A DNA stretch of 64,000 nt from Octopus bimaculoides (taxonomy: Eukaryota). Positions within the stretch are counted from its first letter, which is position 1. Each line of letters starts with the position of its first letter. The notes under the pieces were generated by a model. It was not told the DNA's origin and did no database searches. It saw only the letters and a program-made list of their open reading frames with translations. Shown here one piece after another: positions 51,887-64,000 of this stretch. The DNA lies in contig NC_068990.1 of assembly GCF_001194135.2 (NCBI RefSeq), positions 32,222,588-32,286,587 of the forward strand. The letters are read 5' to 3'. Made by a program: the position numbers and the translations under genes.

Positions 51887-52158
51887 CAGTGGTTCCCAAA
51901 CTTTTTCAAGCTGCTGTACCCTTGGCACCCAAGCCACATTCCTAGCACCCACTCCCCACTCACCACCACAAACATAGACCACTGCAGCAAATTCAAAACA
52001 ACTGTATTTCACAAATAAAAGCTAACCTAATTAACCCATTATTTTAAGTTTTTTTTTTACATCCACCCCATTATCACCCCACTTTTCTTTAAAGGCCCCC
52101 CCCCCAAATTTTTCCACTACCCCCAAGGGGTCAGTACCGCCCACTTTGGGAACCACTA
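51887..52158. mobile_element. hAT-type MITE
   Basis: TIRs cagtggttcccaaa / tttgggaaccacta; degenerate 8-bp TSD gtttagat / ggtgagat. Same TIR family as the 32260 element. Confidence 0.78.
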
Positions 52159-52870
52159 GGTGAGATGGTTTATCACACTCTAAGTCAGCTCTTATTTGGT
52201 GTAATTGCTCTGCTCCCATAAATGGTTTGGTAGACTACTGCACTTAATATTTAAAAGCAGTGTAACTGTTACTTGCAAGAGGGTATGGTTTGGCAGATGG
52301 TACTCTGCTCTTGATAATAGTTTTAGGCCTCTATATAGTTGTGGGCAGACATTGACACCCTGTTGGACCCCACCCATGACACAATAGAGGACCTCATTAG
52401 TATGTGGCTAGTATTCATTTTAAGCGAAGTTCATGCTGGCTTGATTTCAACAGTCAGATACCTATCTATACACAAATCACTTTACATGTGGTATGCTGGG
52501 TACGTTTTTCATATTCCTACTCTTGAGAGTTTGTCTTATTCATTCTTGGCAAAATTAAAAACTTCTCTCTATTTGTTCAAGGTAAGTGTAACTGAAAGAG
52601 TCTATAGAAGAGAGAATAATGATAGTAAGAAACATGAGGAGAGTGTGAAGGAAAAGAGAGTAAGAATATGTTGGGAGAAATCGTGATTGGAGTGTCAAGA
52701 AAGAGACAGTGCTAAGCACTGATTGGTGGTAAGAAAATTGAACTGGAAAAAACATGAGCAGTGTGATGAGGGAAGAGGGAGTATCAGAGGGAGTCAGGTT
52801 GATGGAAGATAGTGTCATGGAAACAAAGAAGAGTGTTGTATGTCAACATAGAATGAAAGAAGATGAAATA

Positions 52871-52906
<36 letters not shown>

Positions 52907-55900
52907 GATTGAATGGTAACAATGAATATAGATGATAGTACCAGAGAGAAAGTGATGGATAACATTTGAGCTGGTTAATGTCAAAGGATAGTGAGAGATG
53001 TCAATAAAGAGTGACATAGAAGGGAGTGGTTGCTAGCAATAAAGAGCAATGTTAGTTAGGGTTATTGAATATGCATAGATCCAATGCTACAGGCAGTGTA
53101 GTACAATGAATAGGAGAGAAGGTGGGTATTAGATTATAAAAGTAATAAAGAGAAGGAGGAAGAAGAGAGAGAGAGAGAGAGAGAGAGAGCAATAAATTGA
53201 AACTAATAATTAGTGAAAGATTCAATGTACATCTCAATCTTCAGCTATTTTTGTTTCAGCTTCTTTTATCCATGTATTTGGTTGATTTTGTTGTTGTTTA
53301 ACTCCTGTTTATCATGGTCCAGCAGAACTATGATCACAGACTCTTCTGTATGTTTCCTATCATGTATTTGAGACTATATTATCAAGAATGTCTTTTAGTA
53401 TCTTAGTATGCCTCTATAGGAAGTGATTTGAGGGAGAGAGAAAGATTTGGCTGCTATTTCTATTGTCATTTTAAGCCTGCTATTTCTATAATTGTTACAT
53501 ACAGTGTTCAGGTGCATTACAACTCATTAGAAAAAGGTGAAAAACAGGACAGAAGGCAGTAGGTAATAAGTCAACTAAAGAGAGACAGCGATGAAAACCA
53601 TAACTGTATGCACAACACAGATTAAAATGGTCCCTACCAAAAAAAGGGGGCAGAAAAGTGAAGAGTAAAAGAGCCTTAAAGATGAAAGGGTGCACAGGCC
53701 TATCAGAAGTAGAGTTGACAAATTTCCAACTAATGTTGATCCTTTATGTAATTACTTATTTCATCCGATCTCATTACAGAAATAGATAAATTGATGGGTG
53801 GCTTGTTTATGCATCTACTTAATATTGTGGTTGGCTCCATTGATTAATATAATGTAATGTGTACATTTTATCATTTTTCTTCCTCAAGTAGCTTAGTGCC
53901 ATGAATTGTTATGTCTTGGTTGATGTATTAAATTTAAGATAAATAAAAACCTGGTTGCATCTCACATACTAATTTCATGGTTACTAATACTGAATAACAT
54001 CATTGAATTAGGTTATTTCTAAGCAGGTATTTCTGGCAATGGAAGTGTGTGAAGTAGTTTTTCAGACATTTCCAGTTAGCTCTTCTATAGTGCATATTAA
54101 GTTCATTCTGGAAGCCCTATAAACATTTATATTTAGGTTAAAAAGTTTTATATTTAGAGATCGACTCCATCTTGTATTAGATCCTGTTGTTACCTGTAGG
54201 AAATAGTGCTGTGGAAATGTCAACACAGCAAGGAATTCCCAGTTTTAATTCCAGACATAATCAATATTGGTGGCACCATGTATTGTTAGTTGTTTTAATG
54301 TTAACAAATGCCACTAATCATAGCTATTTTAATTCCCCATTTCTCATTATATTGCCAGACTTAAAAGCATTTAATTCACTTTTTGAACTCATTGTCTTTA
54401 TTTTTTCATATCTGTGACCTGTTTTCTTTGCCAATCCTTCCTCCCTCCCTCCCCTCACCCTTTTCCCCTTCTTCTCCTACCCTCCTGCTGCTACTACATT
54501 TTATATAGTTCCAATTGTCCTTGCTCTCCTTTCTCTTTTCTTCCCCCTCTACTCTTCCTTTCCCCTCTCTTTTGCTTTTTGTTTTTATCATTTTCCTCAT
54601 CCATATCTCTTTTTCTTATACTTCTCATACAAGTACTCCTCTCTCTCAAACTACTACTCTTACTCATCCTTTTTGTCTGTTCTTTCTTTTTTTCTTTTTA
54701 CCATCTTCATGTCTAACACTGTTATCTGGAATATAGCTGACTTTTTCAAACATGCCTCATCCTCCTATTTATCAAGGTAGTAGATATTTCTGTATAAGAA
54801 CACATTTCTTCATTTTCAAATCTTATATATTTCTCTTGTATTATCTAATTTTCTCAAGTGCATCATCATGCACTTCCCATGTTGGCATGGATTGATCGGG
54901 TCATTATGATCTGACTCAGTTTTTATTTGGAGTTGCTGTTCTTCCAAACAAGTTGGTGCATCCTGCCTCACTCTTACATCCTAATTTTGGCATAATCTCT
55001 ATGGTTGGATGCCCTTCCTAATGCCAACCACTTTCCTGAGTGCAAGAGAGTGAAAGGAGACAGAGTATGGGTGTGTGGGAGTGAACAAGATAAGCACATG
55101 AGAATGGTAAGAGAGGTAGTAATGGAAGAGAGACAGTGTTAGCTACATACTGGTTGTTGGTTAGAAAATTGAGTAAGACACAGCAACAGCATGGGGTAAC
55201 AATATGGATGGGTGATGGTAAGTGGGAGTGAGTGATGGATAGCAGTGATAGGTGAAAGTTTTAGATGTCAATAAAAGTGTCACACAAGAGAGAAAGAGAG
55301 GAATGGTAGGATGATGGTGGATAGTTGTGTTACTGGATATGGAATAATTTAATATCATCCCTCATTATACAGGCATTATGATGAATGTGAGGTAGAGTGA
55401 TAAAGTATGATGGTAGAGGTGGGGATCTTTATATACAGTTTTATGTCAATCCTTCTTGTCTATCGTAGATCAAATGATTCGGCAGATCTGAAAGTCTTGA
55501 ACTAATTTATGAGACCATGAAGCTTTAATGCTGCATATTTTCCTTCCCTTCTACTAACATCATAGCTGTAGAATCGGGGCTTATTTCACAGTAAGCATAT
55601 TAACATTATGTCTTTTGAGTACCTGCACAATGACTGTAGGTCAAAGTCTTCAGCTAATTTCATAAAAATTGTTCTCCTTAATGTTTACTATTTTTCCTTC
55701 TTTTTTGTTATTGTATTTTATTTATGTATTCCTCACCTCATTCCTTCTGATACATTAAGCATTTATTGACTCTATTTCCAGTTACAATAGACTTCCCTTG
55801 TGTTTCAGTAAATTTTCAAAATAACCAAGAATTTTGATTTTATTTATTGGAACACAGCTTTTAAAAATAGTTTCTTAAGTGCAGGCTTGGATGCATGATT

Positions 55901-56174
55901 AACCTTTTATGTTACCATATTGTTGCTGAAATACAGTGTTTTTGTTTCAATTAATTTTGAAATTAAAGAAGAATTTAGTAAAATAACTTTGTCATTGTTA
56001 AGCTGGTGTTTGGAACATGAAATTTTGATGGAAATTTGTAATTCAGTCCATATTAAAACAAGAAGTTTGTATCATAGAACAAGGATGGTCTAGGGTGGGT
56101 TTAAAAGAAGTTAGTATCACAGTTACATGGTCTTGGGATCAGTTCCACTGGGTGGCACCTTGGGCAACTGTCTC

Positions 56175-56775
56175 CTTAGCATAGCCTTGTATATGGAGTT
56201 CTTAAAGCAGAATTTGTAGATCTGGAGAAGAAATTCTTGTCATGGAAACAGAACCTAGAATTGAAAGACCTTGGAATAAACTCAGCAGAGACTAAAATTT
56301 TAGGCAGTAAAAAGAGAAACAAGACCCTGCTTTCATTAAAAAAAAAATGGCTGTGCTCAATTTGCAGAAAAAGAGTAGGTAGAAATTCCATACAGTGTGC
56401 CCGTTGTAAACAATACATGCATAAGAGATATAGTGGGATCACAGGTAGCCTAATGGAAAAAGTAGACATTGTGTGTGGCAGGTGATCAGCAGTAATAAGC
56501 ACTAAGACCACATAAATAAATTATCTTAGAAGGATCCCATGCAGTAGTGGATAGCTTTGCTACTTAGGTAACTCAATTCGCAGTGAAATTGAGTGTTCCG
56601 AATATATAGTTACCTGTGTAAGGATAGACTAGAAAAAGTTCAGAGAGTTATTATCTCTGCTGACAACAAAACACTTCTCCCTCAGAATGATGCTTATGTG
56701 CAAAGAACATTGCTGCATAAAAGTGAGATGTTGATCCTGAAAGCAGAGAATTCTTGAAGACTAGAAATAAATAAA
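56175..56775 (+). mobile_element. RTE-like LINE fragment: RT end, Cys-rich finger and downstream region
   Basis: LEKKFLSWKQNLELKDLGINSAETKIL...WLCSICRKRVGRNSIQCARCKQYMHKR...VCGR, then degraded DSF(C)YLG and KFRELL motifs. Confidence 0.78.
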
Positions 56776-57160
56776 AGCGGCTCCAGTGGATGTTTCATCA
56801 TCATTATCATCATATATCTGTTTCCTATGCTGGCATGGATTGTGCGATTAGGAAGACTTTGTTGGTTGTTTTCTCTCTTTCATTTCTTGTGTTTTTTATT
56901 TGTCTCTATTGGACACTATTACTTCTTCAGAGAAAGATCCACGTCTTTTTTCTCTTTTCCTAAGAAAATGTAATCCAGTAAAATGGGAACAATCACCGAA
57001 ATGAAGTTGGTTTGCTCCTCTGTACACATGACAACAAATTTTGACAAAAACTCACTCCATTTCAGGTGAAAAGTGTTAAAAATTTGGCAATTTTATTGAG
57101 CTGTGGTCAAGTGTGTTTTTATGGTCAGTGTTCTTAATAGTAATAATAATAATAATAATA

Positions 57161-58271
57161 ATCCTTTCTACTAAAGGTACAAGGCCTAGTACAAGGTGAC
57201 TAGTCAATTACATTGACTCCAGTGTTTTGCTGGTACTTAATTTATCAGCCCCTAAAGGATAAAAGGCAAAGTTGACCATGGCAGAATTTGAATTCAGAAT
57301 ATAGTGGCAGACAAAATGCTGCTAAGCGTTATACCTTGCATGCTAATGATTCTGCCAGCTTGCTGCCTTAATAATAATAATAATAATAATAATAGTAATA
57401 ATTTCTGTCGATTACATTGACCCCAGTGTTTCACTGGTACTTATTTTATCGACCCTGAAAGAATGAAAGCAAAGTTGACCTTAGTGGAATTTGATCTTTA
57501 AATGCTAAGAACTTGAAGAAATATCACGAAGTGTTGTATGTGAGACCTTGCTGATTTTGTTAATCCAATACCCTTCACAATAATCCTTTCTACTGTAAGC
57601 ACAAGCTCTTAAATTTGGGGGAGGAGGCTAGTTGATTACATTGACCCCACTGCTCAGCGGTACTTATTTCATTGAATTGGAGAGGATGAAAGCAAAGTCA
57701 ACCTTGGTGGAATTCAAACTAGGAATGTAAAGTCAGAAGAAATGCCACAAACCAATTTATCTGACATGCTAATGATTCTGCCTCAATAATAATATAATAA
57801 TAATGGTGATGATGATTATCCTTTCTACTATAGGCACAAGGCCTGAAATTTTAGGGGTGGGAGATAACCAATTACATCAACTCCAGTGCATAACTGGTAC
57901 TTATTTCATAAACTCTGAAATGATGAAAGCAAGGTCAGTTTTGGTGGAATTTGAACTTAGAATGTAAGGACAGATGAAATGCCACTAAGCATTTTACCCA
58001 GCAAGCTAACGATTCTGCCAGCTCGCTTCCTTAATAATAATGATAACAATAGTAATATAATAGTCCTTTCTGCTATAGGCACAAGGCCTGAAATTTGGGG
58101 GAGGGTTTAAGTCGATTACATCGACCCTAGTACTTGACTAGTACTCAATTTATTGACTCCCAAAAGGATGAAAGGCAAAGTCGGCCTCGGCAGAATTTGA
58201 ACTCAGGATGTGAAGACGAATGAAATGCTGCTAAGCATTTTGCCTGGCATGCTAATGATTCTGTCAGCTTA
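57161..58271 (-). mobile_element. Head-to-tail array of five SINE family B copies mostly joined by (AAT)n
   Basis: Units at about 57161-57370, 57403-57580, 57583-57785, 57818-58033 and 58063-58271. Confidence 0.9.
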
Positions 58272-58312
58272 ATGATAATAATAATAATAATAATGATAAT
58301 AATAATAATAAC

Positions 58313-58364
<52 letters not shown>

Positions 58365-59970
58365 ATAATAATAATTATAAGAACAACAACAGTAATTTAA
58401 TAAAGAAAAAATTGTAGAAATGGAATGTGTTTGTTTGTCTTTTATTAGACATTTGTTATTGAAGTCTTTTTCCAGATGAACTTCTGTATCACATTCACCC
58501 TGCAAAAACAAACAAAACAAAACAAAACAAAACAAAACAAAAAACAAAAATAGGCAGCTCCAATGTAAAACTTCAATATTGCAATAATGCACTTTGAGAA
58601 TTGGCATGTAGTACTGTATTTTGGAAATAGGTTATAAAAAATAAGATGACAATAATTGAACAACAAATATGTCTTTGTTTGCGTGATTACCGAAGAAGCC
58701 TTTTGGATTGAATCTGTTCTACATGCTGGATTATGATTTGAAATAATTCCTCTTCCTCAGCAGATAGAACACAGATTATTGTTGTTAACCATATATTGGC
58801 AGCAGATAAAAATCTCAGCAATCTTTGTTTTTGTTGTCTTATCTAACATAGAATATTTGTTCTGAAATTGAAGATTTTTTTTTTTTCTGTTTTGGTAATA
58901 TTTAAAAAATTTTTCTTCCTCATTTCTTCTCATATTTCTCCTGATCAATTCAAAATCAAGGAAAGTATATCTGCTATATTGGGATTTCTTACTAATCTTT
59001 TTCTATACTGGCTATTTTGCATATTTATGACAAACAAGTGCTGGTAATATATAAATCATTTTGGTATTCTGCTCAGCTTGGAAATTTCCAATCAGACTTT
59101 TGGGGATCATATATTTCATTTTTTTTTTTTACCATTATAATTTATTATATTATTTAATGCTAATTTTCAGACAATTTTTTTGTATTTTTTTTAAAAACAA
59201 AAAAAAGATTTTGAAAATTTTCTCTGTTTTTGCTTTTCATAACTTTTGGAATTAATGTCTACTCTGAATTTAAAATTGACTTAATTATCAACACTCAATG
59301 TATTATTTTTATATTATCTTTAATGTCTTTTTCTTTAATTTTCTTGTTTGTGAATATTTTATGGTTTACATACTGCTATCAAATAATAGTTTATTGCTAC
59401 ATTAAGAGGCCGGTGGGACAAGTGTATCTAACTGACCTTAACACAGTGTCTTTTTTTCCTTCAAATTGCAAAACTCCAAACTATATCTTAGCAACTTTCA
59501 CTTTTCCTCTCTTTCTTTCTCTCTTTTATTTTCTCTCTCTCACTCTCTCTTTCTTATGTGTGTGTGTTAGTGACTGCTGTACTCGTAAGATACTGGACAA
59601 TCACATGGAAGGTTGGTCATTCATATACTTTCTCTGGCCAATGCATTGTGGGTCCATGGCTAATAAATTTAACATCTAAATGATGGCTCTGACCTCATAG
59701 TTTAAGCAATGCACATTATTTTACTTGGCTAATATGACTTATTAATATTAATTTGGTCTTTATACCCGAACTGTTCATGGGTATATTTGAATATTTAGAA
59801 TTCCACTCATTCTGTATGAATTTATTCAACCAAATGTAGAATCTTAGAAGAATGAGTTATCATCTATATGCATGTGAATACATATATCTGTGAATATACA
59901 AATATATGTGTGCGTAAATATGCACTATGTATATATATATGTGTGTGTGTGTGTGTGTGCGTGTGTATAT

Positions 59971-60297
59971 ATCATCATCATCATCATCATCGTTTAACGT
60001 CCGCTTTCCATGCTAGCATGGGTTGGATGATTTGACTGAGGACTGGTGAAACCGGATGGCAACACCAGGCTCCAATCTTAATTGGCAGAGTTTCTNNNNN
60101 NNNNNCCATGCTAGCATGGGTTGGATGATTTGACTGAGGACTGGTGAAACCGGATGGCAACACCAGGCTCCAATCTTAATTGGCAGAGTTTCTACAGCTG
60201 GATGCCCTTCCTAACGCCAACCACTCAGAGAGTGTAGTGGGTGCTTTTACGTGTCACCCGCACGAAGGCCAGTCAGGCGGTACTGGCAACGGCCACG
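59971..60297 (-). mobile_element. SINE family C, young subfamily (contains a gap-overlap duplication)
   Basis: Near-identical to the reverse complement of the 39510-39730 region. Confidence 0.88.
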
Positions 60298-60684
60298 ATA
60301 TATATATATAAATAAATAGGCATATATTAATAAATATTAATATATATATAGCCACATATATATACATGCATATGTGTGTGTCATCATTCAATATTTGTTT
60401 GATGCTTGCATGGGTCAGATGGAATTTGTTGAGGCAGATTTCCTATGGCCAGACGCTCTTCCTATCACCAATTCTAACCTGTTTCCAAGCAATGTAATAT
60501 TTCCCATTGCCAGTTTTGCACAGAAGACTGGAAATGAACAATGTTGCAGTGATGTTCATTTGCAACCATCATGTGATGCTAAGAGAAAGGTACACACATA
60601 CACACACATGTACACGTGTGTGTATGTATGTATGTATGTGTGTGTATGTATGTATGTATATATATATATATATANNNNNNNNNN

Positions 60685-60731
<47 letters not shown>

Positions 60732-60732
<1 letters not shown>

Positions 60733-61080
60733 TAGGTGTCCCCCAAAAAATCTATATACACTTTAATTATAAAGTCATTGTATATTAAAATAATGCATTT
60801 CATTTTCAAAATTTAGTACAATCTACAGACAAAATTTTATATTTTTATGAAAGCCATTCTGGTTTAGGCACTGCTTATATTGCAAAATAATGGAATTGCA
60901 ATTATCAAGAAGCATTTTGTTTGGTATTTTTTGCATTCTCATTCAGTGGCTGCCCTCAGTTTCTTGATTGTTGACTGTTTTGTACTGTAAACTTCATCTT
61001 TTAAATATCCCTATAAAAACAAAAATCTGGTAGTGTTAGGTCCAGTGACTGACAAAAACAGTTTTCTTTATTGTTAAACT
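60732..61080 (-). mobile_element. Decayed Tc1/mariner-superfamily transposase C-terminus plus TIR
   Basis: Minus strand reads SLDLTLPDF then, after a frameshift, L*GYLKDEVYSTKQSTIKKLRAATE*EC...QCLNQNGFH, matching SPDLTPLDFxLWGYLKDxVY. End TA-ctaggtgtcccc resembles TA-CAGGGTGTCCC. Confidence 0.75.
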
Positions 61081-61572
61081 TATGTGCTTGGACAGGATGT
61101 TTGTAGGATGCTGCTGTCACTTTGATGGTAGGCTGTGGTATATTATATTCAGCAGCATGAATTCCTTGTATAGGGTACTGCATATAGTAAAATAGGATGT
61201 TGGTATGAATCAGTAGCTCACTTGTCACTGAATACTCTATGCAACAGCCTGCTGCCAAGGTGTGCCAGCATCCTGCCAATATTCTGTCTCACTTTCACAC
61301 CATTAATACCATGTGACCTGAGCTGACCAATAGAGGCCTAACACCTAAAAGCTATCTTAAATTTGTCTAAAATCTCTCACTTCTTCAAACATATGTTGAG
61401 ACAGTCATGTCATATGAAGCTGAGTCAAACTGTTACTAAATGTGTGTGTTTGTGTACACACACCTGCGTGCATGCACACACACATACACACATTATATAT
61501 ATATATATATATAATACAAAGAATATATATACATGTATATATATATATATATATATAATACAAAGAATATAT

Positions 61573-61603
<31 letters not shown>

Positions 61604-61904
61604 ATACATGCACAAATATATACACACATATACGTATACACTCATATTATCTTCGTATCTCTATCTGTCTACTTTTCTTTTCCTTTTCTTTATATCACAA
61701 GTTGTCAGTTTACTCAAAAAGAATAATGCGTACTTTATATGAAGATGTGTTGACCAAAGAATGGTGTGTGTGGCAGGGCAATAAATATTTTTGAAAACTA
61801 ATTTAAAGTTGTGGAACTTTTAAGAGATTGTTATTGACGGTGTGTGTAAATGAATGATAACTGAGTTTATCTGAATTTCCAAGAGAGTACAAAACTTACC
61901 CTTC

Positions 61905-62262
61905 AATGGGATGTCTCTCCATTAGAGGGTAAAGGCTCCCTTTGGTTGTGAATGACCATGGGATTGATTGCATGTAGAAAGTTCCCCTTCAAAGCACAAG
62001 TCTGGGCAAGGTTGTTTATGGAAGACCAGCAGTCACCCATGCACTCCCAGCTTCCCCTCTCCACACCACCAATGTTATCCAAGGGAAAAGCAAGGGCCAA
62101 TACAGCTTGACACCAGTGATGTCGCAACTCATTTCTACAGCTTTGTGAACTGGAGCAATGTGAAATAAAGCCTCTTGCTCAAGAACACAACACAACCTGG
62201 TCCAGGAATCAAATTCACTACCTCATGATTGTGAACCTGACACTGTAACCACTGAGCCATGT
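61905..62262 (-). mobile_element. tRNA-headed SINE with CORE-like middle (family F)
   Basis: Minus head cacatggctcagtggttacagtg...gaatttgattcc, then gtgttcttgagcaag...ttgctccagttcac. Confidence 0.7.
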
Positions 62263-63054
62263 GATTAACCCCTAATTGGCATTAATGTTCATTCTTAGTT
62301 GAGTGAATTGGAGTGATGGGAAATGAAATGCTTTGCTCAGGAGCACAATGCACCATCTGAGATATATATATATGTATGTATGTATGAATATACATATATT
62401 ATGTATGTATGTATGTACGTACATGTGTGTGTGTGTGTGTAATGTTTATCAGTGTTAATTCAGAAAAATGCAGACCTCATAGTTGTAGAGTGGATATGTG
62501 TGTATTAAACAGTATGATAGATTAGTTACATTTCCATTACTATACAGTTTTACATTATGGATTATTCATGTGGTATGCAATGGATTATTCATGTGGTATA
62601 CATTTCTACTACACTGTTTCAAAAAATATTTTGCAATTTTGTGCCATGTGCATGGAAACCAGTAATGGAAGTAAGATTTTTATAGAGTGGTAGCTTATTG
62701 TGAAAGTAGTGTTAAAATTTGTTGAAGAGAGAACTAAAGTAGGAAGGAAGGGTACAAGTTTGAAATCAAAGTACTTGGCAATATTAAATAAAAGGAACAA
62801 GAAATATGCTCTTTATGTATTGTAGAGAATGCTTTGATACTGCAATCTACAAATGGTTTTAGCAGCTACCTGAACACTTACAAGAATGAATCAAACCTTG
62901 CAGACATTTCCACAAATTTTTGTTTAAATTCTGGCATTCAAGTAATCTTCCTAATTATATATCCTGTACCTTCCTTCGCAGAACTCTGTAACAATTGTTT
63001 CCAACCTGCTACGAGATCATCTTATTTTATTTTATAACTTTGTTTTACTTTTTT

Positions 63055-63113
<59 letters not shown>

Positions 63114-63417
63114 ACAAAGGTAGCTATACACAATGTAAAGCCAAAAAGGAAAAATTCTTTTGTCACTAATTGTGATTGAGAGTGCAGAATAGCATCTACA
63201 TTGCTAAAAATATGACTTAAAATCTCTTAGAGCTGCAAAGAAGCACATGTCTATGCACTGTCAGGGGAGATAACTACTCCTCAGCGAGCGAGATTACCAT
63301 ACTAGTCTAGATTTGCTTAAAATTAAAACTCATCAGTGGTGACTACTCCATTGCTGGATGGTTTGGATAAAACCTGACTGTCAGTATATAGTATTGACCT
63401 TATAAATCAATGGCTGA

Positions 63418-63454
<37 letters not shown>

Positions 63455-64000
63455 TTCATATGTGCAGAAAACAAAAGGCAGGGACAGGTGAGGGAACAAC
63501 AAGCAGGTGTATTAGTTTGATGCTTGGGTAAAATAGAAAAGTCTTTGAAGTCTTGAACCTACTCCCTTTGATGGAAAGGGATGAGAGGAAGAAAAAATAG
63601 AGTAAAAAAAAACATTGGTATTAATGATTCCACATGTTGAAATGACTGGCATATGTTTGCAACTGGAAAGTTTCCAACAAAACAGTTTGTCTGATGTATG
63701 GTTTGCTCACTTGTCCCAGTACCTGGTCTCAGGAAGCTTAGCGCCATTACAATTAAGTGTTTTGGCCTTGGGTACAGTAGTGTAACACTATTGACCATTT
63801 CTACAGATAGCCAATAGTCAATTAATCTCAGCCATCTGTGACATCTTCCACATAATTCGTACATGTTTCACATTCATATATATGTTCGCATATTTCCTTT
63901 CAAGCTTAAATCATTGATACACACACACACACTCTCCTCTACACTGACACATGCTTTCATATAATAATGCAACTGTAAAGTGATTTATGGGCTATTCAGG

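Noticed and set aside
60008-60193. Exact 88-bp direct duplication on either side of a 10-N gap
   Set aside because: A perfect copy across a placeholder gap is the signature of an unmerged contig overlap, not biology.
61480-62605. Small exact local duplications (about 61490-61600, 62560-62600; also 2432-2470)
   Set aside because: Ordinary slippage-type duplications with no further structure.
51540-64000. Expected next RIC1 exon (ECL...DLDTAASYLIILQ-like)
   Set aside because: No matching phase-0 exon was found by eye. It probably lies beyond the window, but a short exon could have been missed; tBLASTn or RNA-seq alignment would settle it.

Overview
AT-rich, microsatellite- and SINE-dense animal genomic DNA with several N gaps. 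The repeat repertoire looks octopus/cephalopod-like (inference from recalled repeat families, not a search). The only host gene is a + strand, intron-rich fragment of RIC1 (RAB6A-GEF complex partner 1 / KIAA1432). Eight internal coding exons (121-228, 5561-5688, 10047-10178, 10974-11070, 12170-12288, 15528-15574, 32083-32207, 51397-51539) have GT-AG boundaries and splice in compatible phases into 899 nt (299 full codons) without a stop. The gene starts before the window, and I found no further exon in 51540-64000. Introns hold at least four tRNA-headed or (GAT)n-tailed SINE families, decayed RTE, Penelope-like, hAT, mariner and Tc1 coding remnants, and several MITEs with TIRs and TSDs. The best leads are RNA-structural. 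A 257-bp foldback hides a hammerhead-ribozyme-like fold with a swapped G3-C8 core pair, intact only on the antisense arm. A canonical minimal hammerhead lies in intron 2. There is also a chimeric SINE foldback, near-identical inverted SINE tails bracketing exons 6-8, a five-copy head-to-tail SINE array, and a MITE with octamer+CCAAT modules in both TIRs. All calls were made by eye; homology statements rest on remembered family motifs. Exons are numbered within this window only.
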